Positions 1 through 13,785 of a stretch of 64,000 nt of DNA are shown here, piece by piece. The position numbers were made by a program, and so were the translations under genes. The stretch is from Haliotis cracherodii (Eukaryota), in NCBI RefSeq assembly GCF_022045235.1, contig NW_027266264.1, positions 30,070,001 to 30,134,000 of the forward strand, written 5' to 3'. The notes below the pieces were generated by a model. It ran no database searches. It worked only from the letters and a program-made list of their open reading frames with translations, and was not told where the DNA came from. Every line of letters begins with the position of its first letter. Positions within the stretch are counted from its first letter, which is position 1.

Positions 1-54
1 TCCCTCGGACTAAATAAAAATGGTCAAATCTAAAGGAACAGGAAACATTGCTAC

Positions 55-175
55 CTGATGAGCTCAAATATATCAGGCTTGTTTTTCTCCCGTATCTTCA
101 TCCGTTCCCGCATAGCCATGATGATGTTGTGCGTCTTGTCCTCCGCTCCGTGCTTGGAGCTCTTCTCGGCCGCCC
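55..175 (-). CDS. unc-13: unc-13 exon after C1 ([41 protein letters not shown])
   Basis: Acceptor tttcag, donor AG|gtagca, 121 nt, phase 1 to 2. Matches the conserved Munc13 C1-C2B linker [14 protein letters not shown]. Confidence 0.96.
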
Positions 176-282
176 CTGAAAGATGACAGTACAGCAGTCC
201 CATACACCATCCCATTCACTTACTTGCACCAAATGTGAGGAAGATATCTCATTAGTTTCTTTATTTTACATGAATCAACCAG

Positions 283-398
283 TATGGGCAACCATTCGGC
301 CAAAAAATACAAAGTTGAAATAATGGACAAAAGTATGCAATAATAGTCAAATATTATGAATAAAGTATTAAATGTTACAAATAAAGGTCGAAATACAA
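283..398 (+). mobile_element. terminal fragment of the MITE family at 30104-30904
   Basis: tatgggcaaccattcggccaaaaaatacaaagttgaaa... matches the left TIR at 30104. Confidence 0.75.
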
Positions 399-412
399 AA
401 GAAAGAGACACC

Positions 413-1967
413 AGTTAAGGGGGCATACTTCATTGACAGCTAACACTGAGTATGGTATGTCTTTGCCAGGTTACAGGGAGGGGGCATACTTCATTGGCAG
501 CTAACACTGAGTATGGTATGTCTTTGTGAGGTTACAGGGAGGGGCATACTTCATTGGCAGTTAACACTGAGCATGGTATGTCTTTGCCAGGTTACAGGGA
601 GGGGGCATACTTCATTGGCAGCTAACACTGAGTATGGTATGTCTTTGCCAGGTTACAGGGAGGGGCATACTTCATTGGCAGTTAACACTGAGTATGGTAT
701 GTCTTTGCGAGGTTACAGGGAGGGGCATACTTCATTGGCAGCTAACACTGAGTATGGTATGTCTTTGCCAGGTTACAGGGAGGGGCATACTTCATTGGCA
801 GCTAACACTGAGTATGGTATGTCTTTGCCAGGTTACAGGGAGGGGCATACTTCATTGGCAGCTAACACTGAGCATGGTATGTCTTTGCCAGGTTACAGAG
901 AGGGGGCATACTTCACTGACAGCTAACACTGAGTATGGTATGTCTTTGCCAGGTTACAGGGAGGGGCATACTTCATTGGCAGCTAACACTGAGTATGGTA
1001 TGTCTTTGCCAGGTTACAGGGAGGGGCATACTTCATTGGCAGTTAACACTGAGTATGGTATGTCTTTGCCAGGTTACAGGGAGGGGCATACTTCATTGGC
1101 AGCTAACACTGAGCATGGTATGTCTTTGCCAGGTTACAGGGAGGGGCATACTTCATTGGCAGCTAACACTGAGCATGGTATGTCTTTGCCAGGTTACAGG
1201 GAGGGGCATACTTCATTGGCAGCTAACACTGAGCATGGTATGTCTTTGCCAGGTTACAGGGAGGGGGCATACTTCACTGACAGCTAACACTGAGTATGGT
1301 ATGTCTTTGTGAGGTTACAGGGAGGGGCATACTTCATTGGCAGTTAACACTGAGTATGGTATGTCTTTGCCAGGTTACAGGGAGGGGCATACTTCATTGG
1401 CAGTTAACACTGAGTATGGTATGTCTTTGTGAGGTTACAGGGAGGGGGCATACTTCATTGACAGCTAACACTGAGTATGGTATGTCTTTGTGAGGTTACA
1501 GGGAGGGGGCATACTTCATTGACAGCTAACACTGAGTATGGTATGTCTTTGTGAGGTTACAGGGAGGGGGCATACTTCATTGACAGTTAACACTGAGCAT
1601 GGTATGTCTTTGTGTGGTCACAGGGAGATGGCATACTTCATTGTGGTTAACACTGAGCATGGTATGTCTTTGTGAGGTTACAGGGAGGGGCATACTTCAT
1701 TGGCAGTTAACACTGAGCATGGTATGTCTTTGTGTGGTTACAGGGAGATGGCATACTTCATTGGCAGTTAACACCGAGTATGGTATGTCTGTGTGAGGTT
1801 ACAGGGAGATGGCATACTTCATTGCGGTTTACACTGAGTATGGTATGTCTTTGTGTGGTTACAGGGAGATGGCATACTTCATTGGCAGTTAACACTGAGT
1901 ATGGTATGTCTTTGTGTGGTCACAGGGAGATGGCATACTTCATTGCGGGTAACACTGAGTATGGTAG
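413..1967. repeat. 60-bp minisatellite, ~26 copies
   Basis: Unit ggggcatacttcattggcagctaacactgagtatggtatgtctttgccaggttacaggga. Confidence 0.97.
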
Positions 1968-1989
1968 GAGTTACATGAAAAGGACTTAC

Positions 1990-2209
1990 TTTGCAGACAG
2001 TCAGCATTGAGCAAGTCTTTGCATTTCTCGTGACATTTGACCCCGCACTCGGTGCACCTCACCCCTTGGCGTGCAAGTCCCCACAGCAGACCTTCACACT
2101 CAAAACAGTATGTCGGTGATGTTGCAGTCCACACAACAAAGTTGTGCGGTGTTGTACTGGAGATGGGGTAAATGAGGGCCTGGAGGGTTTTCTTGTAAAC
2201 ATGCATCTT
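1990..2209 (-). CDS. unc-13: unc-13 C1 (DAG/phorbol ester-binding) domain exon
   Basis: [73 protein letters not shown] is the Munc13 C1 domain. ttacag acceptor, gtaagt donor, 220 nt, phase 0 to 1. Confidence 0.98.
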
Positions 2210-2624
2210 CTGTAAAGTCCAATGTAGATCTTGCATTAGGTTTGAAATGTGTTTGAATAATCAATGACTTCCCAAATACTACCCCATACCAAAGTTGACA
2301 AACAGTTACAACCTTTTACTAGTTTGGAAGCATGGCTACCTTAGAAGTAGAAGGCATTAAGAGCTTTCAGTTGAGTTGTGACATTATCATGCACTATTTC
2401 CTTTGGCTGATTCTAATGAGACATGAAGAATGGATTGTCATTGTTGACATGTTATTTCCAGTGTTATGTGCTCACAGTTATGTCTGTGATGGGGAGAAAA
2501 ACATCAAAACTCTTCAACCCTGAGTATAAGATGACCCCCCTCAAGGTACGAACAACCCGCCTTTCACAGCAATATACGGGATGCAAAACTAACTCCAAAT
2601 TAATTATTGTGTATATTTGCTAGT

Positions 2625-2835
2625 TTATCACACACTCTGTAATATTACAGCTAAATGGGGGTGGAGTGTAAATAATCACACCTGGACAAGACAATCCAGT
2701 GAATAATATTGTGAGCAGCAGTCATTGGGGTATGATGTCACACAATCAGCCAAATAGCCTGACCAGCCAATCAAATAAGGCTCTTCCTATGACCAGCATA
2801 GGTTGCTGGGGAGCGATTCTATCCCAGCATCCCAT
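2625..2835 (-). mobile_element. degenerate copy of interspersed family C
   Basis: tgtaaataatc...ctggacaagacaatccagtga...gttgctg matches the copies at 34519 and 59905. Confidence 0.55.
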
Positions 2836-3000
2836 GGTTTATTGTTTTTGAGCATTATTTCCTTGGCCAAGCATCTTTCTTTTACCATTAGCTTTCTAAG
2901 CATGTTACTTCATGTGGTCAACATGCTTAGAACCATATGGTCCAGGGTACGTTCATTCGGCTAAGTGGTCTGAGGTATTTTGTCCCTTAAGTATGCCAGG

Positions 3001-3289
3001 ATGAGGTGAGGTGAAATTGGGTTTAACGTTGCGTCCAAGATTATTGCACTTATGTAGTGACGTGCATGCACGTGTATGTGTGTGTGTAGCTGCTTGTACT
3101 AGTTCGGACTGATGACACAGTATACTGACTCAGAGCCGACCAGTCCTTGTTTTAGCCCCTTAATGCCGAGCGCCAGACAGGGTAACAACAAGTACCATCT
3201 TTTAACGTCTTTTGGTATGACGCTGCCTGGGATCGAACCCCGGACCTTCCCATGGACGGATGGCCTACCACAAGACCACAGAGGCGGTA
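3001..3289 (-). mobile_element. tRNA-headed SINE, family D
   Basis: B-box gggttcgatccc on the minus strand, core shared with 18545-18680, 9-bp TSD tatgccagg (2992-3000 and 3290-3298). Confidence 0.75.
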
Positions 3290-3376
3290 TATGCCAGGTT
3301 GAACTGGTTGTTCTCCCCAGTTATCATCCTTGGTCAGTCGGAACCCTACCCTTTGCAACTGTGACATGACTAAAAT

Positions 3377-3659
3377 GGGGCATGGGTGGCCCAGTCGTCT
3401 TAAGGCGCCGCGATTCGCTGTGCAGAGTTGCGTCCCCTGGACACAACAGAAACCTATGATTGGGGGTTCGAATCCCGGTTCACCCCAATTTTGTTTCTAG
3501 GTTTGTCAGCACCATACCCGTGCTCGTGGGTTTCACCAAAGTGGTAAACGTCTGAGATCTGCATCACTTCGGGCTTTCCTCCCACATCAAGCTGACACGC
3601 TGTGATATAACTGGAATAATGTTAAAAGCGGCATTAAACCCAACTCACTCACTCACTCA
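3377..3659 (+). mobile_element. tRNA-derived SINE, family A, full length with (actc)n tail
   Basis: A-box tggcccagtcgtc, B-box ggttcgaatccc, TSD cat(g/a)actaaaat. Homologous to 24418, 55641 and 57209. Confidence 0.88.
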
Positions 3660-3743
3660 CATAACTAAAATACTGTACAACTGTTACACCCCACTCACTC
3701 ACTCACACACTTACAGATAAGGTCTCCCGGGCCTTCAACTTAC

Positions 3744-3818
3744 CAGTTCTTCATCATTAAGAGACTGGCGAGCCACCATCGCTGAGGGAACACCAGCATT
3801 TCTCTTGGCTGCCATGCT
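3744..3818 (-). CDS. unc-13: unc-13 exon SMAAKRNAGVPSAMVARQSLNDEEL
   Basis: taacag acceptor, CTG|gtaagt donor, 75 nt, phase 0 to 0. Matches the invertebrate Unc13 pre-C1 segment (KRNAG...LNDEEL). Confidence 0.93.
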
Positions 3819-4309
3819 CTGTTATAACACATATCACATATACAACACATGTCAACTGAACACAACACTGCTGAATCTTGAAAATACCAGTGACAAACAC
3901 TTGCAATGGAAGAAATCTGCAGAGACAATAATATGAAGCTGACATAAATCTCTGGCACTGACATCTTGGTCCCTCAATATTAGTACAATTAAAATCAGCA
4001 GACCCCTCCAGTGAAAGAGCATAGATGCAAATGATGGTCACTGTACATGTTAGGCATGCGGGGGAACCTGTCAGGTCAGATCAATTATTGTCTCTGTTAT
4101 CTAACAAGTCTCATTGGTCTTTGGCAGCAATGGATTAATGAGGATATTTTCAGAGAAATGTAGTTACACATTCTCTTGCTGTTGAAAGCAGTTTTAAAAC
4201 ACTAACTTGGTATATTAAAGAAGAACAAGATAAGATCTAGGTCCATGCATTATAATGCAACACAATGCAATTCAACTTCCACTGAATTAGTCACATTTGT
4301 GAACAGTGA

Positions 4310-4900
4310 CCACTGCCTGTCATTACATAAACAATATTGTTTGTCATTATATAAACAATATTGCCTGTAATTATACAAACAATATTTCCTGTCATTACAT
4401 AAACAATATTGTTTGTCATTATATAACAAGAACTGCCTGTAATCATACAAACAATATTTCCTGTCATTACATAAACAATATTGCCTGTAATTATACAAAC
4501 AATATTGCCTGTCACTGCATAAACAATACTGATTGTTATTACATACATAATATTGTTTGTTATTACATAAACATTATTGCCTGTCATTACATAAACCATA
4601 TTTCGTGTCATTACATAAACAATATCGCCTGTCATTATGTAACAATATTGCCTGTCATTATGTAACAATATTGCCTGTCATTACATAAACAAGACTGCCT
4701 GTCATAACATTAGCAATATTGCCTGTCATAACATAAGCAATATTGCCTGTTATTATATAAACCATATTTCCTGTTCTTATATAAACAATATTGCCTGTCA
4801 TTCGTAAACAATATTGCCTGTTATTATGTAAACAATACTGCCAGTCATTATATATAAAAAATACTTCCTGTCATTATGTAAACAATACTGCCTTCATTAC
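4310..4900. repeat. 24-bp minisatellite
   Basis: Unit aaacaatattgcctgtcattacat. Confidence 0.9.
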
Positions 4901-6989
4901 AGAGCATTCTATGAGATATAAATCCCTGTAATATTCAATGTGTGATCAATTTACCGTGATATGCCACCTGGATGTATACTGTAGGTCCGGGCAACACAGA
5001 GAATATGTTACAGCTAAGCACACAGAGATCAGACAAATATACACATTTATTTACAAGGTATTGACCAGAACGACACTTCACAATGGCCATACTGTCTTTT
5101 ATCAAATCAGGATTATTATTCTTAATTGAATGATGAAAGTTATCTTTAATTTGTTACTCAATAAATAGAAATGAATGTAGATACACAGCTATTGAACACT
5201 CTACTACTAGTTAAAATTAAACTCTACGACAATATCATCTAGTATTTACTTAAAAGTTGTCCAAGGCTGTTGTTTACAAGAACATTTCCCAAAGAGGAAG
5301 GCTGGCTTCCAGTGTAATGCTGTGGTGTTGCCTCTAGAAGGTCTAAACTACACACAGAATGTAGAGAGATATAATCACATTCCTCCCCATGCAGTTGGAA
5401 ACCAAAGTCAAGAAGACATGCTGAGAATAAACTGTCATTCAGTACAAGTTGTTGCAATTGAAATGAGAAATGGAAAAAAATACAAAGGCATAACCTGTAG
5501 AAGGGGCAACAGCTCTAGAACCTAACATAACGTGAGTGATGCTTTTTTGTAACCGTGACGATGCATTAACAGCTTCAGCACCATTATCACACTCCCACAA
5601 CTTCATCCTTTGATAAATATGGCCTCATCTGGCCAATAGCTTAATTGCTTTTCAGTCACGATATATATTTCTTTTTCTTGTTTTTAATGCTGTGATTTAA
5701 CAGGAATACTGTTCACCCAGTTACACCCATCTCACGCACTTATTTTTGAAGACGAATATTTCTCTGCAGCCATGGTAGCATTCTAAGGAATAGAACCAAA
5801 GGCTCCGTATCACATCTCGAAGTCCGAAAAGGGATAGTTTGAAATATTGAATTTACAGGGGTTCATCTAATCAAAATACAATGCTGAATGAATTGTCTTA
5901 CTTTTGTACAAAGTGGTACTAAGTTAAGAGCTTAATCTATTGAGAAACACCACCAGCATGTCGATGCATCCAGGTTCCATCACAGGAAAAAAGTGACGTG
6001 ATATTGTTACAGTACAATCACATCCTAACTACAGGGTTTGGTATTTTGACTGTCATTATTGAAATGAAATGAAAGTAATTATTATTTTTTTTAAGTAAAA
6101 GGTTGTCTTAAATAGTATTGCTTCTTAAATTTGGACATTTAAACTTTACGTTAATGCCTTTGTCAATCAACCAATGGGTGATCAGTGCTGTCTCCTCAAA
6201 CATTTAGTTGATCTAGTTGGAAATATTTAGAAAATGAGTTGGGTCATAACTTTATCGTGTCTGTGAATAACGCTACTGTTATCAAATTGTATATGATTTA
6301 GAATTGCTCGGTACTTTCTATCTACCACTGAATTGGTCATCGTCATAACGGAACCACCTCTGAGTACCTGGCATGCCAAATATAAAAAATAATTTAGCTG
6401 GTGCCACTCTACCATATGCTCAGTGTAGACCTCTAAAGACAACAACTGTACAAGTGAAGGGATATATGTTTCAGAAGTATCTGTTGAAAGAAAATTTTGA
6501 AAAGAAAATAACATTTTCATAAGGAATAACACCATTGTCAGCCATGTTTGCTGGCAAACCACAGTTGTTTTTGTTGACGGTCGTCTTTAAAATATGTTGC
6601 CCTTATCTTGTGAACTTCGTCACAGGAGTGTAGAAGCAGAAAGTGGTGAGGGGTCCAAACATATACCTGAAAGCTCCTCGGTACTTGGAAGTGCTACGTA
6701 TGACAATGACCTATGTTCCCCTCCCTTCTGGTGGTGTTGAGCAGCTAGGGGCCACGTGATGAGTGGCGTGAAGGTGGATAGGTGGGGGAGAGGGAGTGAA
6801 GTTGTGACAGTGATGATGGAGTCTAAAGCTGTTCATGCAAATGTCACACATGGTGGCAGACTAATGTAAGAAAAACTGCCAACACACTCAGGAAAGTACT
6901 AAATTGTTAGGCAAATTGTGTGTTAAAAGTATAATATATGATTGTAAGAGTGCAGACTGTGTACTACCATGACTGGGTATAGCCTTCTC

Positions 6990-7990
6990 CATATACCTAC
7001 ATCAGCTGGTATGTTACCTTCCCCATACCTACATCAGCTGGTATGTTACCCTCCCCGATACCTACATCAGCTGGTATGTTACCTTCCCCATACCTACATC
7101 AGCTGGTATGTTACCCTCCCCGATACCTACATCAGCTGGTATGTTACCCTCCCCGATACCTACATCAACTGGTATGTTACCCTCCCCAATACCTACATCA
7201 GCTGGTATGTTACCCTTTCCAATACCTACATCAGCAGGTGTGCTACCCTCCCCAATACCTACATCAGCTGGTATGTTACCCTTTCCAATACCTACATCAG
7301 CAGGTGTGCTACCCTCCCTAATATCTTTAATACCTGGTATATATTACTCTCCCCAATACCTACATCAGCTGGTATGTTACCCTTCCTGACACCACATCAG
7401 CTGGTATGTTACCCTTCCCAATACCTACATCAGCTGGTATGTTACCCTCCCCGACACCTACATCAGCTGGTATGTTACCCTCCCCAATACCTACATCAGC
7501 TGGTATGTTACCCTCCCCAATATCCACATCAGCTGGTATGTTACCCTCTCAATACCTATGTCAGCTGGTATGTTACCCTCCCCGATACCAACAGCAGCTG
7601 GTTTGTTAACCTCCCCAATACTGACATCAGCTGGTATGTTACCCTCCCTAATACCTATCTCAGCTGGTATATTACCTTCCCCAATACCTACATCAGCTAG
7701 TATGTTTCTGTGATCAATAGCTACATCAGCTGGTATGTTTCTGTGACCAATAGCTACATCAGCTAGTATGTTTCCGTGACCAATAGCTACATCAGCTGGT
7801 ATGTTTCCGTGACCAATAGCTACATCAGCTGGTATGTTACCCACCCTAATACCTTTCTCAGCTGGTATATTACCTTCCCCAATATCTACATTAGCTGGTA
7901 TGTTACCCACCCTAATACCTACCTCATCTGGTATATTACCTTTCCCAATATCTACATCAGCTGGTATGTTTCCGTGACCAATAGCTACAT
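6990..7990. repeat. 33-bp minisatellite
   Basis: Unit cctacatcagctggtatgttaccctccccaata. Confidence 0.93.
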
Positions 7991-9084
7991 AAGATTATAT
8001 GTTATCTCTAACATTAGAAATGTGTTCCTTTCCCAATACCTTCAAGCTAATACCACATTTTAATATTATCTACATACCAACAGGTCTGTGTATATTACCA
8101 ATAACAATAAACTGGTGATTGTCAACTTAGTAACTTTAACCTCCAACCATGGCGTGTGCAACTTTTCAAAACTGACCGTCCATCTGCAAAATGACTGTCG
8201 GGCAGGCGGGTATGTTAAGCACTGCCTAAAGCTGAGATGTAGACTAGATTAGCAGTTCTCTGCGGTTCAGACACAGAAGATCTTTAATATATGTTGCAAT
8301 CCAACATAAATAAGGCTACCTAAAAAAATTGACTGTTTCTTGGGCACATTTTTCTGTAAACTTAGGATGGAGAAAAAAATTACTAAAATATTTTCTATTA
8401 GAAACAAAAGTGATTTGAGAGGAACACATTATATTATTGCCCCACGAAGCATACCAACAAACCCAGCTGGGATACTGTGAGCATAGCATAAAAAAATATG
8501 TTTTATTAACACAATAAATGACTGACGCACAGGATTTAAAGTGACGCACAGACGACAAAAAGCCTTCCTGTATTTTAACGGACTCCACAGCCCAGAAAAC
8601 CGATACTTAACTTAAACTCAGATTCTGGGTCTGACAAACATCCCCTAAACAGTAAACTACAACCACGAAGACTGTAAGCATCAGTTTTAAACCTGGTTGC
8701 CTACAACAAGCTTGACATCACCAATCATAGAAGCATGACAACAGCCCTGAAGCACAACTTCCACACTGAAGCCTGACATCCACTTAAACACATCTTTCTA
8801 CATTGAAGTCTGACAACAGCCCTAAAAAACAACTTAAGAAGCATGACCACATCCCCCAAAATAAACCCATCTACACCTTGAATCCTGACAACCCTTCAAT
8901 CAAGCCTAACACCCAACACTGAGTCCTGACAAGCTTCCCTGTAAAAAGACAACCTTCTATACTGAATATCAACAACCAACCACCTAAGTCTGTCTGATTT
9001 TCTGCATTACAAATGCAGTCTAATACACCTTAAGCCTACCACCCTCCCCCAACACCCCTCGTGCCCAACTAATCATCATCACCT

Positions 9085-10210
9085 CAACATTTAAACCTCA
9101 CGCCTGACCTCCGATGGTGTCCATATTAACGTTTAAACTACGCCAAACCTCCCATGGTGTCCATATTAACATTTAAACCTCATGCCAAAATCTCCCATGG
9201 TGTCCATATTAACGTTTAAACCTACGCCAAACCTCCCACGGTGTCCATATTAACATTTAAACCTCTTGCCAAACCTCCCATGGTATCCATATCTATGTTT
9301 AAACCTCATGCCAAACCTCCCACGATGTCCATATTAACATTTAAACCTCATGCCAAACCTTCCATGGTGTCCATATTAACGTTTAAACCTGACGCCAAAC
9401 CACCGATGGTGTCCATATTAACATTTAAACCTCATGCCAAACCTCCCATGGTGTCCATATTAACATTTAAACCTCACGCCAAACCTCCCATGGTGTCCAT
9501 ATTAACATTAACCCTCACACCTGACCTCCCATGGTATCCATATTAACATTTAAACCTGACGCCAAACCTCCAATGGTGTCCATATTAACATTTAAACCTC
9601 ATGCCAAAACCTCCCATGGTGTCCATACTAACATTTAAACCTGACGCCAAACCTCCAATGGTGTCCATATTAACATTTAAACCTCATGCCAAACCTCCCA
9701 TGGTGTCCATATTAACGTTTAAACTACGCCAAACCTCCCACGGTGTCCATATTAACATTTAAACCTCATGCCAAAACCTCCCATGGTGTCCATATTAACG
9801 TTTAAACCTCATGCCAAACCTCCCACGGTGTCCATATTAACATTTAAACCTCATGCCAAACCTCCCATGGTGTCCATATTAACGTTTAAACTACGCCAAA
9901 CCTCCCATGGTGTCCATATTAACATTTAAACCTCATGCCAAAACCTCCCATGGTGTCCATATTAACATTTAAACCTACGCCAAACCTCCCACGGTGTCCA
10001 TATTAACATTTAAACCTCATGCCAAACCTCCCATGGTATCCATATTTATGTTTAACCCTCACGCCTGACCTCCCATGGTGTCCATATTAACGTTTAAACC
10101 TCACGCCAAACCTCCCATGGTGTCCATATTAACATTTAAACCTCACGCCAAACCTCCAATGGTGTCAATATTAACATTTAACCCTCACGCCTGACCTCCC
10201 ATGGTGTCCA
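9085..10210. repeat. 42-bp minisatellite
   Basis: Unit ccatggtgtccatattaacatttaaacctcatgccaaacctc. Confidence 0.95.
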
Positions 10211-10484
10211 CCTTACCATCAATACCTCATGCGGAACATTCAAAATTCAGGTATAACTACAAACATTCTACAAATGTAACCTTCTTCATTAAACAATTAT
10301 ACTGTCCTTTCAAACGTCCCATTAAATCCTCATTCTCCCACTATGGCTTAACAAATGTTAAACTAAAACCCCATTCTAGCACTCGATATGAACCCTGTAT
10401 TCTCACACTGTAGGGTTAAGAACCACCACACTAAAACAATCTTCAATGGAGCATCACAATCATCCAAGACAAAATTCCCACTCC

Positions 10485-12118
10485 TCAATGAAGCATCACA
10501 ACCACCCCAGCTAACCTTCCATCCTTCAATGAAGACTCACTACCACCCTAGCAAACCTTCCCTCCCTCAATGAAGACTCACTACCATCCTAGCAAACCTT
10601 CCCTCCCTCAATGAAGACTCACTACCATCCCAGCAAACCTTCCCTCCCTCAGTGAAGACTCACTACCATCCTAGCAAACCTTCCCTCCCTCAATGAAGAC
10701 TCACTACCATCCTAGCAAACCTTCCTTCCCTCAATGAAGACTCACTACCATCCTAGCAAACCTTCCTTCCCTCAATGAAGACTCACTACCATCCTAGCAA
10801 ACCTTCCCTCCATCAGTGAAGACTCACTACCACCCTAGCAATCCTTCCCTCCCCATCAGTGAAGACTCACTACCATCCTAGCAAACCTGCCTTCCCTCAA
10901 TGAAGACTCACTACCACCCTAGCAAACCTTCACTCCCTCAATGAAGACTCACTACCATCCTAGCAAACCTTCCCTCCCTCAATGAAGACTAACTACCATC
11001 CTAGCAAACATTTCCTCCCTCATTGAAGACTCACTACCATCCTAGCAAACCTTCCCTCCTTCAATGAAGACTCACTACCATCCTAGCAAATCTTCCCTCG
11101 CTCAATGAAGACTCATAACCATCCCAGCAAATCTTCCTTCCCTCAATGAAGACTCACTACCATCCTAGCAAACCTTCCTTCCCTCAATAAAGACTCACTA
11201 CCATCCTAGCAAACATTCCTTCCCCTCAATGAAGACTCACTACCGTCCTAGCAAACATTCCTTCCCCTCAATGAAGACTAACTACCATCCTAGCAAATCT
11301 TCCTTTCCTCAATGAAGACTCACTACCATCCCAGCAAACCTTCCCTCCCTCAATGAAAACTAACTACCATCCCAGCAAACCTTCCCTCCCTCAGTGAAGA
11401 CTCACTACCATCCTAGCAAACCTTCCTTCCTTCAGTGAAGACTCACTACCATCCTAGCAAACCTTCCTTCCCTCAATGAAGACTCACTACCATCCTAGCA
11501 AATCTTCCCTCCCTCAATGAAGACTCACTACCATCCCAGCAAATCTTCCTTCCCTCAATGAAGACTCACTACCATCCTAGCAAACATTCCTTCCCCTCAA
11601 TGAAGACTCACTACCATCCTAGCAAACATTCCTTCCACTCAATGAAGACTCACAGCCACCCTAGCAAATATTCCTTCCCCTCAATGAAGACTCACAGCCA
11701 CCCCAGCAAACATTCCCTCCCTCAATGAAGACTTCCAACCACCCCAGGAAACATTCCCTTCTTCAATGAAGACTCACAAACCACCCCAGCAAAGCTTCCC
11801 TCCCTCAATGAAGACTCACAAATCACCCCAGCAAAGATTCCCTCCCTCAATGAAGACTCACAGCCACCCTAGCAAAGATCCCCTCCCTCAATGAAGACTC
11901 ACAGCCACCCTAGAAAACATTCCCTCCCTCAATGAAGACTCACTACCATCCCAGCAAACCTTCCCTCCCTCAATGAAGACTCACTACCATCCTAGCAAAC
12001 CTTCCTTCCCTCAATGAAGACCTCAATGAAGACCCACTACCATCCTAGCAAACATTCCCTCCCTCAATGAAGACTCACTACCATCCTAGCAAACCTTCCC
12101 TTCTTCAATGAAGACTCA
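10485..12118. repeat. 41-bp minisatellite
   Basis: Unit tcaatgaagactcactaccatcctagcaaaccttccctccc. Confidence 0.95.
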
Positions 12119-12899
12119 GAACCTTACCTCCCTCCTTGCGTGTCTGCACAGTTGTCACAGTGGATGAAGATTTCAGCACCAACATTCAAAATTCATCATT
12201 TAATAGTCCTAAATCTAAATCATCTATTTCATTCTAAACCACACAAACTCAGGAATGAACTCGAATTCACAAACATCATGCAAAAATCAACTTTATCTAT
12301 ACACATACAGAAACAATCATTTTCCAACTACTTCTCAGTTTACAAATCAAGAGGAGCTATTCCATTGGAAACACTTCTACAGCTGACAAATGTCTAGGGG
12401 ATGTAGCAGCTATTCTGTTCATCATCGTGCATGGTCATGCTAATAAAACAAGGGAGAAAAAACTGGTAACTGAACTGAAAACATCTAGCATCCACTGACG
12501 TGGAGCACATATTTACTTTATTCTTGAGTAGACCAGCTTCTGCTCTCATTACGGTGCGTAACTGCAAGGGAATGCCAGCGTTGTGAATCCCATCAAGCAT
12601 TAAACACAATCATCGTATCAACCTAAAGTCTCTTAAGAGTCTACCTCTCTACTTTCTAGCTACAAACTTTGTACCTGTCTTTTGATCCTCTTGAAAATAC
12701 TTAGGACCTTCAAAATTTGTGTATATATCTGCCGAAGGACAGTGTCAGCAAATCTAGATGTTGACATTTACATTTCAAACCCTTAGGCCCCATGTTCAGA
12801 TCTAGCTGACATCTAGCCTTTCAATCCATTCCCTTGTCTACACATTTATAGATACCTAGCCATCCTCATCCAAGAACCTGGATTCTCATTAGGTTGACG

Positions 12900-13785
12900 T
12901 CTACTCATCCCATCCAAAGACCCGGTCTACACATTGTGTTTACATCTAGCCATCCCATCCATGGACCCTGTCTACACATTGTGTTTACATCTAACCATCT
13001 CACCCATGGACCCTGTCTACACATTGTGTTTACATCTAGCCATCTCACCCATGGACCCTGTCTACACATTGTGTTTACATCTAACCATCTCACCCATGGA
13101 CCCTGTCTACACATTGTGTTTACATCTAGCCATCCCATCCATGGACCCTGTCTACACATTGTGTTTACATCTAGCCATCCCATCCATGGACCCTGTCTAT
13201 ACATTGTGTTTACATCTAGCCATCTCACCCATGGACCCTGTCTACACATTGTGTTTACATCTAGCCATCCCATCCATGGACCCTGTCTACACATTGTGTT
13301 TACATCTAGCCATCTCACCCATGGACCCTGTCTACACATTGTGTTTACATCTAGCCATCCCATCCATGGACCCTGTCTACACATTGTGTTTACATCTAGC
13401 CATCCCATCCATGGACCCTGTCTACACATCATGTTTACATCTAACCATCTTACCCATGGACCCTGTCTTCACATTTTGTTTACATCTAGGCATCCCATCC
13501 ATGGACCCTGTCTACACATCATGTTTACATCTAACCATCTTACCCATGGACCCTGTCTTCACATTTTGTTTACATCTAGCCATCTCTTCCACGGACCCTG
13601 TCTACACATTGCATTTACATCTAGCCACATAACAAAAGACCCTGTCTACACATTTTGATTACATCTAGCCACATAACCACAAACCCTGTCTACACATTGT
13701 GTTTACATCTAGCCACATAACCACAGACCCTGTCTACACATTGTGTTTACATCTAGCCATTAAACCCATGGACCCTCTCTACACA
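12900..13785. repeat. 45-bp minisatellite
   Basis: Unit catggaccctgtctacacattgtgtttacatctagccatcccatc. Confidence 0.95.

Noticed and set aside
513-1796. Repetitive plus-strand ORFs
   Set aside because: 60-bp satellite with frameshifting G-run indels. The same applies to the ORFs at 6969, 12894, 23278, 32174-33566 and 60282.
3377-3490. tRNA gene
   Set aside because: The A/B boxes belong to a multi-copy SINE head with tail and TSD. No convincing cloverleaf.
3714-3743. Alternative downstream gtaagt donor extending the NDEEL exon by 30 nt
   Set aside because: The extension reads GTA AGT TGA, an immediate stop.
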